Sequence record: OP123707.1
Strand: one strand, 5' to 3'
Length of the DNA: 64,000 nucleotides
A model generated the notes under the pieces. That model saw only the letters and a program-made list of their open reading frames with translations, was not told the origin of the DNA and did no database searches. Positions 18,482-26,694 of the stretch are shown here, piece after piece. Numbering within the stretch: the stretch's first letter is position 1; each line of letters opens with the position of its first letter. The position numbers and the translations under genes are program-made.

Positions 18482-19069
18482 ATGGAATTCACGGCTTTCA
18501 ATGTCTCTATCACCATCCTGACCATCCTAGCAGTGCTGGCTTTTGCGGTCTTTACTTTCAACCGCAAGTTGGACAAAAACAAAGCGTTTAAGTTCAAAGT
18601 GGTCACCGAACGTGGGATGATCAAAATCCTAGCAACCAATGAGATCAATCCTAGTTTGGGTTTTGAAGCTCACTTCTACCCGTCTGGGAAGAACCGTCGT
18701 GCGGAAGCTGAACCTCGTATGCAACAGTACTTTGGTAATCGTGTCTACACGTTTATTGGAAGTGGTACTGAATCCCATCACCTTAATGTAAACAAATTAA
18801 GTGAGCAGTTCATTAACATGGGGTTACAGGACCGTTTAACGGCATCCGATGATCGTGTGGATTTTGACATGTCTTTGCTGAAAGACTTGCTGTTCGGGTT
18901 CTACTACGAAGAACTGGAAGAAGCAACCAACGTCTATTCTCCTGAAATGTACAACTCTATAGTAGAAGCTAATCGTGAATTCGCTCGAGTGAATGCGGGT
19001 AGCTTCAATCTTCGTGGTGATGAAAAACCACGTGTTGTTAACTTCAAATGGATAGCACAGGCAGCATGA
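18482..19069 (+). CDS. Membrane-anchored hypothetical protein (195 aa)
   Basis: GAGGA RBS. Helix VSITILTILAVLAFAVFTF followed by basic residues. Confidence 0.8.
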   Translation: MEFTAFNVSITILTILAVLAFAVFTFNRKLDKNKAFKFKVVTERGMIKILATNEINPSLGFEAHFYPSGKNRRAEAEPRMQQYFGNRVYTFIGSGTESHHLNVNKLSEQFINMGLQDRLTASDDRVDFDMSLLKDLLFGFYYEELEEATNVYSPEMYNSIVEANREFARVNAGSFNLRGDEKPRVVNFKWIAQAA

Positions 19070-19545
19070 CATTAATGTGGATGGGACTGCTGGTCATCAT
19101 TTTAATTGGAGCGCTACACAATGCGCTCCAACTGAGATATGACGGCGTGGGTGACTTTTATTCAGTCACCCTAAAGAAACTGAGTGCTGGAAGGATAACC
19201 TTCCAGTTCTCTTGTTCAAACGACAATAAAAATTTTTTGTTAAGTCTGGTATTAAACAACTTAGAACAGTCTTCTGAGATCGAAGTCGAATACCTGGCGG
19301 TCCCTAACACAGTGATGTTGGGGGTTTATCCCGGCAAAGATTTTCATCTGGAGACGGTAATGCAACTGAATGCTGCCATTGATCTCCACGGTGAGAATAG
19401 AGAAATGGAAGAACGGTTGTTGATCGTTCACGATCTGTTGCAGTTAGTTTATGAACCAAGCTCAATGAGAATCACTGAACGTGATAATTTCCATGTGGAC
19501 TACAACGTGGAATTAAAACTGCAACTATTAGGGAAGACGTTATGA
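19066..19545 (+). CDS. Membrane-anchored hypothetical protein
   Basis: ATGA overlap with the previous stop. Helix LMWMGLLVIILIGAL. Confidence 0.7.
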   Translation: MTLMWMGLLVIILIGALHNALQLRYDGVGDFYSVTLKKLSAGRITFQFSCSNDNKNFLLSLVLNNLEQSSEIEVEYLAVPNTVMLGVYPGKDFHLETVMQLNAAIDLHGENREMEERLLIVHDLLQLVYEPSSMRITERDNFHVDYNVELKLQLLGKTL

Positions 19546-20060
19546 TCGTGGTATTTGTTTTTATGTTATTAACTGGATACGTGATGGTTGAGACCCCATT
19601 CGAACACAACTGGTTTTACACTATGATGTTGAGTGTAGGAACGTTAGGTTCATTGACGATCTCTTTACACGACCTTAAGTTTGGACGACGTTACCACGTG
19701 ACGGCGAGTTACCCAGATGAAGGGATGTGTTTCCGTATCCGTGACCGTGAGTTGAAAACCACACATGAACTCTTGGTCATGGTGTGTGAACAGCGTGGGG
19801 CGGAAGTCATTCGAGATTACGAAAACTTGAATCGTATTGTATTCCGAGCTTCTTTAGAGTTTTGTGACTTTAATAACTTAGAAATGTGTTTAGGAAGATT
19901 GGTGGAAGTCGACAGGTGTACCACCAGTGATAATGTGTTTAACTTAGTTAAGCTCATTAAACACCAATCACCTGTTATCCACAACACCCATTTAGCGGAC
20001 TACATGTTTAGTAGCCGCGCTCGCGATCAGTTCGTTAAAGTGCTTCGTCGCGCTGTTTAA
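19542..20060 (+). CDS. Membrane hypothetical protein (172 aa, one or two TM helices)
   Basis: ATGA overlap. Hydrophobic stretches MIVVFVFMLLTGYVMV and WFYTMMLSVGTLGSLTISL. Confidence 0.75.
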   Translation: MIVVFVFMLLTGYVMVETPFEHNWFYTMMLSVGTLGSLTISLHDLKFGRRYHVTASYPDEGMCFRIRDRELKTTHELLVMVCEQRGAEVIRDYENLNRIVFRASLEFCDFNNLEMCLGRLVEVDRCTTSDNVFNLVKLIKHQSPVIHNTHLADYMFSSRARDQFVKVLRRAV

Positions 20061-20079
20061 TTTACCAAGGAGATGTAAA

Positions 20080-20544
20080 ATGAAAAAGTTCATGACATTA
20101 ATCATGGCATGTATGGTTACTATGTTGGCGTATGCTGACTACGTAAGTTTAGATGACAGCTCCACCCACAAGTGGGAGTACAATCCTACCAGTGAACCTT
20201 ATACGTTCATTTTCAATTATCAAGTGAATGATAACGTATCTATGAACTTGGTATGTAAACCATTAAGCGAAAGTGCTGAGTTTATCTTGATGGTCAATGG
20301 AGAGAACCGTCCAGTTAAAGCCATCTATGGATACGATGCTCAACATGATTTAGCTCAACATGTGGAGATGAATCTAGAGGGGTTTGTGTACAGTGATTTT
20401 GCCCACCTCTTTGCTCAGTACGAAACCATATGGTTTTTGGATGAGCTAGGAAGAGAGATTGTCACCTTTGATAATAAATCAAGGATGAGTGCGAATGAAT
20501 TATTCTCATTTCGCAAACAATGTCGATTGGTGGTATTGAACTAA
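20080..20544 (+). CDS. Exported hypothetical protein with Sec signal peptide
   Basis: AAGGAG RBS. MKK-FMTLIMACMVTML-AYA|D has the classic signal peptidase I layout. Confidence 0.75.
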   Translation: MKKFMTLIMACMVTMLAYADYVSLDDSSTHKWEYNPTSEPYTFIFNYQVNDNVSMNLVCKPLSESAEFILMVNGENRPVKAIYGYDAQHDLAQHVEMNLEGFVYSDFAHLFAQYETIWFLDELGREIVTFDNKSRMSANELFSFRKQCRLVVLN

Positions 20545-20553
20545 GTTGTAATA

Positions 20554-20587
20554 TTATTAGGTAGGTGGGAAACCACCTACCTAATAA
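20554..20587 (+). terminator. Terminator hairpin
   Basis: 15-bp stem TTATTAGGTAGGTGG / CCACCTACCTAATAA with GAAA loop and a downstream T-tract. Confidence 0.85.
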
Positions 20588-20621
20588 CTATAATTATTTT
20601 TTTTTGTAAAAAATGTCAGTT

Positions 20622-20637
20622 CTATATTATCAAGGTA
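20622..20637 (+). promoter_or_regulatory. Phage early-type promoter motif, copy 3
   Basis: CTATATTATCAAGGTA, upstream of DHFR. Confidence 0.55.
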
Positions 20638-20665
20638 CTTAACCAAGTATAATTAGGAGATTTAA

Positions 20666-21193
20666 ATGAAGTACAACATCTCTATGATTGTGGCGATGTC
20701 CAGCAATCGTTGTATAGGTAAAGATAACCAGTTATTGTGGAACTTACCTGAAGATATGAAATGGTTTAAAAACCAGACCACAGGAAAGACAGTGGTTATG
20801 GGTCATGAAACCTTCAACTCTATTGGTCGTCTATTACCCGGTCGAAGTAATGTGATACTCAGTCGAAATAAAGAGTTGGTCATTCCCGGAGCGCTGGTAC
20901 TCAACACTGTGGAACAAGCGTTGGCGTTATCCAAAGAAGTGGGAGACATGATGATTATCGGTGGGGGTGAGATTTATCGTTTGTTCTTGCCATACACTAA
21001 CGTGTTAATGATCACGGAAGTCGATGCTGAAATAGATGGCGATACGTATTTCCCAGAATTAGAAGAAGGTGAATTCGACACCTTCGCCGTTTCGAAATAT
21101 GAGAAAGATGAAAAGCATTTCGCTGATATGACCTTCAACATCTTACTAAGGAATAAAGGTAAGGAACACGATTATGAAACAACGATTGAATAA
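20666..21193 (+). CDS. dfr: Dihydrofolate reductase
   Basis: IVAMSSNRCIGKDNQLLWNLPEDMKWFK, VVMGHETF, LPGRSNVILS, IIGGGEIY and GDTYFP are all DHFR motifs. Confidence 0.97.
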   Translation: MKYNISMIVAMSSNRCIGKDNQLLWNLPEDMKWFKNQTTGKTVVMGHETFNSIGRLLPGRSNVILSRNKELVIPGALVLNTVEQALALSKEVGDMMIIGGGEIYRLFLPYTNVLMITEVDAEIDGDTYFPELEEGEFDTFAVSKYEKDEKHFADMTFNILLRNKGKEHDYETTIE

Positions 21194-21968
21194 GTTTAAT
21201 CTGAAGTTCAAAGAACTGGCACAAAAAGCGGGCATCACCGTGGACCCAGAAATTCTGGAGTTCTGTGTATCGAGCAACAACAAGAATGACCATGCGCATA
21301 ATTTAGAACACGTGTATGGCGTTGTAAAGCTCGGTGTGGAGCTTGGTATTATGAATGGGTACTATGGCACCAAAGAGATGTTAATCATCTACTACGGCTG
21401 TCTGATGCACGATTTGGGTTGTCGTTGGGACCGAGAAGCACATCATGTGGAATCCGCTATTTTAGCTGAAGAGTTATTGAGTATCTTCGGTAAGGATTCG
21501 TTAACGGATGATGACATTCAGCAAGTGAAGATCGCGTGTCTAGAACACCGTAGTAGTTATGCCGGTGGACCTACTACACCATTGTCTACTATCGTGGCAT
21601 TGGCGGACCGAGGTCGTCCTAACTTTCCACTGTATGTGATGCGCGCGTTTATCTTCCGTGAAGAAGACGGATTAACTCAAGCGCAAATGGTGAATGAAGT
21701 TCACGCGCATCTGCTGGATAAGTTCTCCCGTTCAACAGGTTATAACTGGAAGTCCTATCCTAAAGAAGGATTAGAGTTTTTCAAAGAAGAGTGGGCAGAG
21801 TTCGATCGCTTGTTGTTGCGTAAGAATGTGCGTTCTTTGGTGAACACGTATGCGGACCAATACATCTCCACGGGTAAAGTACGACCGGTTGATGAAATTG
21901 ACACGTTGTATACTGGTTCATTTGGACGCGTTAACGATCGTCGTAAGATTGTCTACGTTCCGAAATAA
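21174..21968 (+). CDS. HD-domain metal-dependent phosphohydrolase
   Basis: HAHNLEH...CLMHDLG...EH...ALADRG gives the H..HD..D signature. Confidence 0.85.
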   Translation: MKQRLNKFNLKFKELAQKAGITVDPEILEFCVSSNNKNDHAHNLEHVYGVVKLGVELGIMNGYYGTKEMLIIYYGCLMHDLGCRWDREAHHVESAILAEELLSIFGKDSLTDDDIQQVKIACLEHRSSYAGGPTTPLSTIVALADRGRPNFPLYVMRAFIFREEDGLTQAQMVNEVHAHLLDKFSRSTGYNWKSYPKEGLEFFKEEWAEFDRLLLRKNVRSLVNTYADQYISTGKVRPVDEIDTLYTGSFGRVNDRRKIVYVPK

Positions 21969-21976
21969 TCCTGAGT

Positions 21977-21997
21977 GTGGTCGGGTAACCCGACCAC
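21977..21997 (+). terminator. Hairpin between HD gene and thyA (probable terminator or processing site)
   Basis: GTGGTCGG-GTAA-CCGACCAC-type stem with only a weak T-tract. Confidence 0.55.
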
Positions 21998-22027
21998 GTT
22001 ATTTCCACTTTTAAAAAATTCGAGCTT

Positions 22028-22627
22028 ATGATTTATACTAACTTTAAAGATTTGGGTCTGCGTGTTCTTAATGAAGGTAAGATGGTTAAGAACAAACGCA
22101 CGGGTGCTAATTGCTTAACGGTCATCAATGCGGACATGACTTACCGTAATGATTTGGGTGCGGTGCCGATGAACACCTTACGTCAATCACCGTTTTACTT
22201 AGGTGTGGGTGAGTTACTGGGTTACTGGAAAGGACTGATGAATGCAGCGGATTTCCGTGCGCTGATGACGAAGTCCTGGGATGCCAATGCGAACGATAAC
22301 CAAGCGTGGCTAAATAACCCGAACCGTTTGGGTGAAGATGACATGGGTGTGGTGTATGGTGCAGTTGGTAACCACTGGCCTATCATGGAGTTTGCAAATC
22401 GTTCTGCTCGCATTAAAGACGACGGTACGTTGGACTTACGTCATTCAGGTGAGATTGACTTGCTGCACAAAATCTACACCGACCTCAGTAATGGAGACGA
22501 TGATCGCGGAGAAATCCTGAACTTCTGGAATCCAGGTATGTTCCACTTAGGTTGTCTGCGTCCATGCATGTACTCCCACCACTGGTCATTAGTGAACGAT
22601 GAGATGTATCTGAACTCAACGCAGCGT
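22028..22627 (+). CDS. thyA: Thymidylate synthase exon 1 (200 codons)
   Basis: GELLGYW, WDANAN, DMGVVYG, catalytic LRPCMYSH and NSTQR, then an in-frame TAG two codons into the intron. Confidence 0.92.
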
Positions 22628-22741
22628 TCGTAGCTGAGCGCCTTCTAGGGGTGACCCTAGTCGAATAACTATTCCTAAAACGGGAACTCTCATCAAACTA
22701 ATCCCTTGGTGAGACAATCCGTTGCTAAATTAATACTGCCG

Positions 22742-22760
22742 TTCTCCTAGATAAGGAGAA
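22742..22760 (+). promoter_or_regulatory. Hairpin sequestering the endonuclease RBS
   Basis: TTCTCCT-agata-AGGAGAA, 2 nt before ATG 22763. Confidence 0.7.
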
Positions 22761-22762
22761 AT

Positions 22763-23620
22763 ATGAGTTACGTTTATATTTTACTTGAACCTCAGAGTAA
22801 GAAATTTTACATAGGAAGTTGTGAAAATGTTAACGAACGATTTCAGCGTCACATTGACGAACTCAATCGAGACGCACATCACAATCAGAATATGCAAGAG
22901 CTTCACAATGATGGAAAGGAATTCTATCTCTTTTATGGTGAACATGAAACACGTGAAGAAGCTTACCAAGAGGAAGAAAAGTTAATAAAAGAAAACAAAG
23001 ACAATCCGTTAATGCTAAATATCTCTTTAGGTGCTAGGGGAGGTGATAACCTAACTCTTAATCCTAACCGAGAAGCAATAATTCAAAAGATGACTGATCA
23101 CTTGAAAGTCCGTTATTCTCAGTTAAGTGAGGAAGAACGGAAAGCCAAGTATGGCAGATCTGGTGAAGCTAACGGAATGTACGGCAAAAACCATTCTGAA
23201 GAATCCAAACAGAAAATGAGCGATACAGCCAAAGGAAGACCTACTTGGAATAAAGGCATTCCTATGACTGAAGAACATAAGCAGAAGTTCATGACTTATA
23301 TAGAAAATCGCGATACCTCAGGAGAAGCAAATCCTTTCTTTGGTAAATCCCATAGTGAAGAAACTAAAGAAAAGATAAGCGAGACTAAAAGAAGGAACCT
23401 CATTGATAAATTCAATCGTGGGGAAGATCTTGGTAGAGTTACTCCTGTCATTATTCACGGTAAGGTATTCATCACTGTAGCTGACGCTGCGAAAGAATAT
23501 GGAATCGGCGTAACAACCGTAACTTATCGTGTTAAATCAACATTAGATACTTGGAAAGAATGGCAGTATTATAAACGCCCAGAGAGCATCGAAAACGTAC
23601 CAATGGAAGAAACGGTATAG
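22763..23620 (+). CDS. Intron-encoded GIY-YIG homing endonuclease (I-TevI/I-BmoI-like)
   Basis: SYVYILL...KFYIGSCENVNERFQRH, conserved EE and N. Two NUMOD3-like repeats (GEANGMYGKNHSEESKQKMS; GEANPFFGKSHSEETKEKIS) and a C-terminal HTH-like region. Confidence 0.92.
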   Translation: MSYVYILLEPQSKKFYIGSCENVNERFQRHIDELNRDAHHNQNMQELHNDGKEFYLFYGEHETREEAYQEEEKLIKENKDNPLMLNISLGARGGDNLTLNPNREAIIQKMTDHLKVRYSQLSEEERKAKYGRSGEANGMYGKNHSEESKQKMSDTAKGRPTWNKGIPMTEEHKQKFMTYIENRDTSGEANPFFGKSHSEETKEKISETKRRNLIDKFNRGEDLGRVTPVIIHGKVFITVADAAKEYGIGVTTVTYRVKSTLDTWKEWQYYKRPESIENVPMEETV

Positions 23621-23760
23621 TAAGTAGAGTATTCCACAAGTGTGGAAGAAAAGGAATAGGGTCTCCAAGGATGGAGATCGTGATGTGCTCCGATTCTCAC
23701 TGTGAAGTGAGCTGGTATTAAATTACCGCTATAAAGGTAACGCTTTATAGGAAGATATTG

Positions 23761-24069
23761 TCAGCGGATTTAGGTTTGGGCGTAAGCTCCAACATGATTC
23801 AAGTTTATCTGAGTCTACAACTGATGGCACAGATTACAGGTCACCGTGCAATCGAGTCTTACCATAAGCTGGTGAACGTTCATTTGTACGAAAACCAAAT
23901 CGATTTGTTCCGTGGTGAAATGGAGCGCGAACCTTTGGAAGCACCGAAGCTATGGATTAACCCAGACATTAAAACACTGGAAGACGTTCGTACTTGGGTA
24001 ACACCAAAAGACTTCGCTTTGATCGATTACCAACATCACGACAAAATCGTGTATCCGTTCACGGTTTAA
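23761..24069 (+). CDS. thyA: Thymidylate synthase exon 2 (102 codons + stop)
   Basis: SADLGLGVSSNMIQVY...MAQITG...VHLYENQ...DFALIDYQHHDKIVYPFTV. The spliced product would be 302 aa. Confidence 0.92.
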   Translation, partial: SADLGLGVSSNMIQVYLSLQLMAQITGHRAIESYHKLVNVHLYENQIDLFRGEMEREPLEAPKLWINPDIKTLEDVRTWVTPKDFALIDYQHHDKIVYPFTV

Positions 24070-24134
24070 TAGATATGGGTAGGGCTGAGGCTCTACCTGT
24101 GCTTTTTTCTTTTTCAATATTTGAGGACAGAATT

Positions 24135-24779
24135 ATGCCTTTAATGGTTTTAGGTAAGACCGGCTGCATGTTCGAAGCTGTGGCAGATTTAGGTGGTGGG
24201 TATTGGGTAACCAACCTAATGTACGGCTCCCCTGTATGGAAAGATCGATTACCACTCATCTTCACTAATGAAGAGGGAAAGGAAGAACAAACCAAAGTGG
24301 TTTGGGGTGGGATAGTAACTGAGGACACCGGAGCAAACTGGAACACCACAGAACTTGATGACATACTCTGGACCGTCGGTGTTAAAGAGTTGCGGGTTGG
24401 GGTTTACAAAACCAGGTATGGTTTGAAAGTGGTTTGTAAATTACCCATCATCAGTTATTACGGAATGTGTGAGAATGGACGCATCATGTTCATTTCCACC
24501 AACAAGGACAGTGTTGAAATTGGGATGTTGGAAGGAGGAAGTTGGTCTGTCGATCCCGACACTACCCTTTCCGATGCAGCTTCAATCGTCGGTATTGATT
24601 GCCCCGTGGAAACGTTCAGTTGGGGAATGTTACAAAAACACAAACCTAACACACCTAAAATAGTGTCGGTCTACAAATCGGAGACTGGTAAGTCGTTGTT
24701 GACTTCTATGGACTACAAACAAAAAGACATCGATAATTGGATGGCGTTGTTCGATAAAGCATTGGAGAAACACCTATGA
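24135..24779 (+). CDS. Hypothetical protein, possibly a degenerate Ntn-hydrolase fold
   Basis: ATG 24135 follows GAGGA; the track start at 23994 lies inside thyA. The fold suggestion is by eye only. Confidence 0.65.
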   Translation: MPLMVLGKTGCMFEAVADLGGGYWVTNLMYGSPVWKDRLPLIFTNEEGKEEQTKVVWGGIVTEDTGANWNTTELDDILWTVGVKELRVGVYKTRYGLKVVCKLPIISYYGMCENGRIMFISTNKDSVEIGMLEGGSWSVDPDTTLSDAASIVGIDCPVETFSWGMLQKHKPNTPKIVSVYKSETGKSLLTSMDYKQKDIDNWMALFDKALEKHL

Positions 24780-25522
24780 CAGTAATAATTGGCTTCCGTG
24801 GGAATTTCATGACGGATTCAAAAGAGACAGTAGAAGACGGTGGTGACTACTTTGGGGATCGAGTAAAAATCATTCGTGCTCCCGACATCACCCCACATTA
24901 TGTTAAGCCTGATGGTGAAAAAGTGAAACCAGACATGATGGCAGTGTGTGGGTCGACCGCGATGATTTATCGACATAGCTTGGACCCTAAAGACTGGTTA
25001 GACATATTTGAATTGAAAGAATTCAAACCCGGGCGATGGAAGCGAGACCTCATTCAAATCTCTATGGTTAAGGGTCGGAGCGCGAGGATTTTCTATCGCA
25101 TCGGAGAAGAGTTCTTTGAAGTAGATTTTCGAGGCAATGAATTGATCATTACCGAACCATTGAAGTACGCCTCGGCGGGTTCAGGAGCAGCTATCTTTGA
25201 AAGTCTTTCAAAAGCCATACTCGGTAATGTTGGGGTTAACGCTTATGACACTTTACTCGTGTTAAAGTTGTTACTGACTTCTAACATTAATCCCACCATC
25301 GGTGGGAATATTCGCGTGTTGTTCTCCGAGGACCAAGTCGTTCAAGAAGAGAGCGCAAAGTTAACCCCTGAAGGACGTCAACGTCTTCGTGTTCGCTATC
25401 AGGAGAACTTACATCGTTTAACCGGTATTCCTCTTCCTGAAGCGGAATCTGAAAAGCCCGATTCGAAGGCTAAGAAGTCTAAGAAAAAGCCTAAGAAGAA
25501 AGAACCATCTAAAACCAAATGA
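24776..25522 (+). CDS. HslV / proteasome-beta-like N-terminal threonine hydrolase
   Basis: M-T-V-I-I-G (Thr at the N-terminus after Met removal), TDS, RVKII, YASAGSG and NPTIGGNI, plus a Lys-rich C-terminal tail. Confidence 0.65.
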   Translation: MTVIIGFRGNFMTDSKETVEDGGDYFGDRVKIIRAPDITPHYVKPDGEKVKPDMMAVCGSTAMIYRHSLDPKDWLDIFELKEFKPGRWKRDLIQISMVKGRSARIFYRIGEEFFEVDFRGNELIITEPLKYASAGSGAAIFESLSKAILGNVGVNAYDTLLVLKLLLTSNINPTIGGNIRVLFSEDQVVQEESAKLTPEGRQRLRVRYQENLHRLTGIPLPEAESEKPDSKAKKSKKKPKKKEPSKTK

Positions 25523-25571
25523 GTCTGTTTATTAACGGACTTTCATTTTCTAATCTTAAAGAGAGTTAATT

Positions 25572-26435
25572 ATGAACAAACACATTGTCGAAGTTATGCA
25601 TGAATTGGTGGACGCATATGTAAAGGTCACTGGGAAGAAACCTCACCAAGCAGTTCAAGAACTCAATAGCGGTTACTGTTATATGGTAGCGACGTTCGCC
25701 CAATACATCTTAAAAGAAGTTCATGAGATCGAAGTTAAATTGCTGGCGCACTGTCATCATTCTTTTATTGAATATGAAGGTAAATGGTACGACACTATTT
25801 ACCCAGTAGGTTATCCTTACCATCCCTCTAAAGTTTGGCGTTTAAAAGAAGCGCATTGCACGGAAGGAGTAATGGAGATGGAATATGGGGAATGTCGTTG
25901 TGTAAATCCATCTGCCGAGATGATTGTTTGGATGGAACACCTGTGTCGTTATCATGGGGTGGTAACTCCCCCTCTTTATGAGAAAGTCGTTGGACGTTTT
26001 TCAGGAGATGTTTGGGGTCCTGGATACACTAAGACCAAACACCGTCGCATACTGAACCGACTCCGCAGTCGTAGTTTGAAGTTTAAAGACACCGAACTGG
26101 AAGTCGTGGTGGTGGGATGGGTAGCGAACTTTCATGTCTATCCGGAAGATTTGTGGGTGGAATTAGAAGTCGTGGATTACAACACTTGGATGAGAAGTAT
26201 TATTAAAACCCGTTATCCTGATTACGAGGAAACAATGGAGAAGTGTTTTGGGAAAGAGATCTTTAGTCCAGATAAGAAATCTAATGATCGTACTGTGATG
26301 GTACAGAGTCCATACCTCAAAACCCCTGTCTCTGCTCCTCAAGCCATCACAGTAGTTGGGTGTGGAAAAACCTTTGCAGAGATCCAGCGTTCACCTCAAC
26401 AAAACGGACCGATTTGGTTTAAAGAAGAGAAATAA
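25572..26435 (+). CDS. Hypothetical protein with possible Cys-His-Asp triad
   Basis: 287 aa. LNSGYCYMVA...HSFIEYEGKWYD. Confidence 0.7.
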   Translation: MNKHIVEVMHELVDAYVKVTGKKPHQAVQELNSGYCYMVATFAQYILKEVHEIEVKLLAHCHHSFIEYEGKWYDTIYPVGYPYHPSKVWRLKEAHCTEGVMEMEYGECRCVNPSAEMIVWMEHLCRYHGVVTPPLYEKVVGRFSGDVWGPGYTKTKHRRILNRLRSRSLKFKDTELEVVVVGWVANFHVYPEDLWVELEVVDYNTWMRSIIKTRYPDYEETMEKCFGKEIFSPDKKSNDRTVMVQSPYLKTPVSAPQAITVVGCGKTFAEIQRSPQQNGPIWFKEEK

Positions 26436-26470
26436 CACGGGACATCGTATGTAAGTAAAGGAGAGTACGT

Positions 26471-26692
26471 ATGTCTAAGTTGGCTTTGGCTTTAAGTGTC
26501 ACAGCGGTGTTGTCAGGAACTTTAAGGACGACTGCCATTGATGACCTGGTTCAATGTATCCCGGTGGTCCCAGCGACCACCCTATTCACCAATCGCAAAC
26601 CCCCGTTCATAAAAACCTTACACACAACCGTAACGGGGAAAGGTAAGCGGGGGGTTGATCAATATTACTATTATGTCAGAAGGACGGTGTAA
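26471..26692 (+). CDS. Small hypothetical protein (73 aa)
   Basis: AAGGAG RBS. Its stop is 2 nt before the next ATG. Confidence 0.6.
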   Translation: MSKLALALSVTAVLSGTLRTTAIDDLVQCIPVVPATTLFTNRKPPFIKTLHTTVTGKGKRGVDQYYYYVRRTV

Positions 26693-26694
26693 TC

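Larger units (their letters stand above)
22628..23760 (+). mobile_element. Group I intron (T4 td-like, IA2-type) in thyA, 1133 nt
   Basis: The 5' exon ends in U (CGT) and the intron ends in G (ATATTG). Pairings found: P1 GCGU/GCGC; P10 GCUGA/UCAGC; P2 CUAGGG-GUGA-CCCUAG; P3 CUAUUCC 22669 / GGAAUAG 23653; P6a UAAUACUGCC 22731 / GGCAGUAUUA 23562; P7 GAGCA 23584 / UGCUC 23686; P9 CUCACU-GUGA-AGUGAG. Splicing restores QR-SADLGLG. Confidence 0.93.

Noticed and set aside
23752-23808. AAGATATTGTC looks like the canonical S element, followed by a GTAA-capped hairpin that could be P9, which would move the 3' splice site to about 23806
   Set aside because: A complete P7 (23584/23686) and P9 lie upstream, P10 pairs with TCAGC at 23761, and the later site would delete the essential S-x-D-x-x-LG motif of TS.
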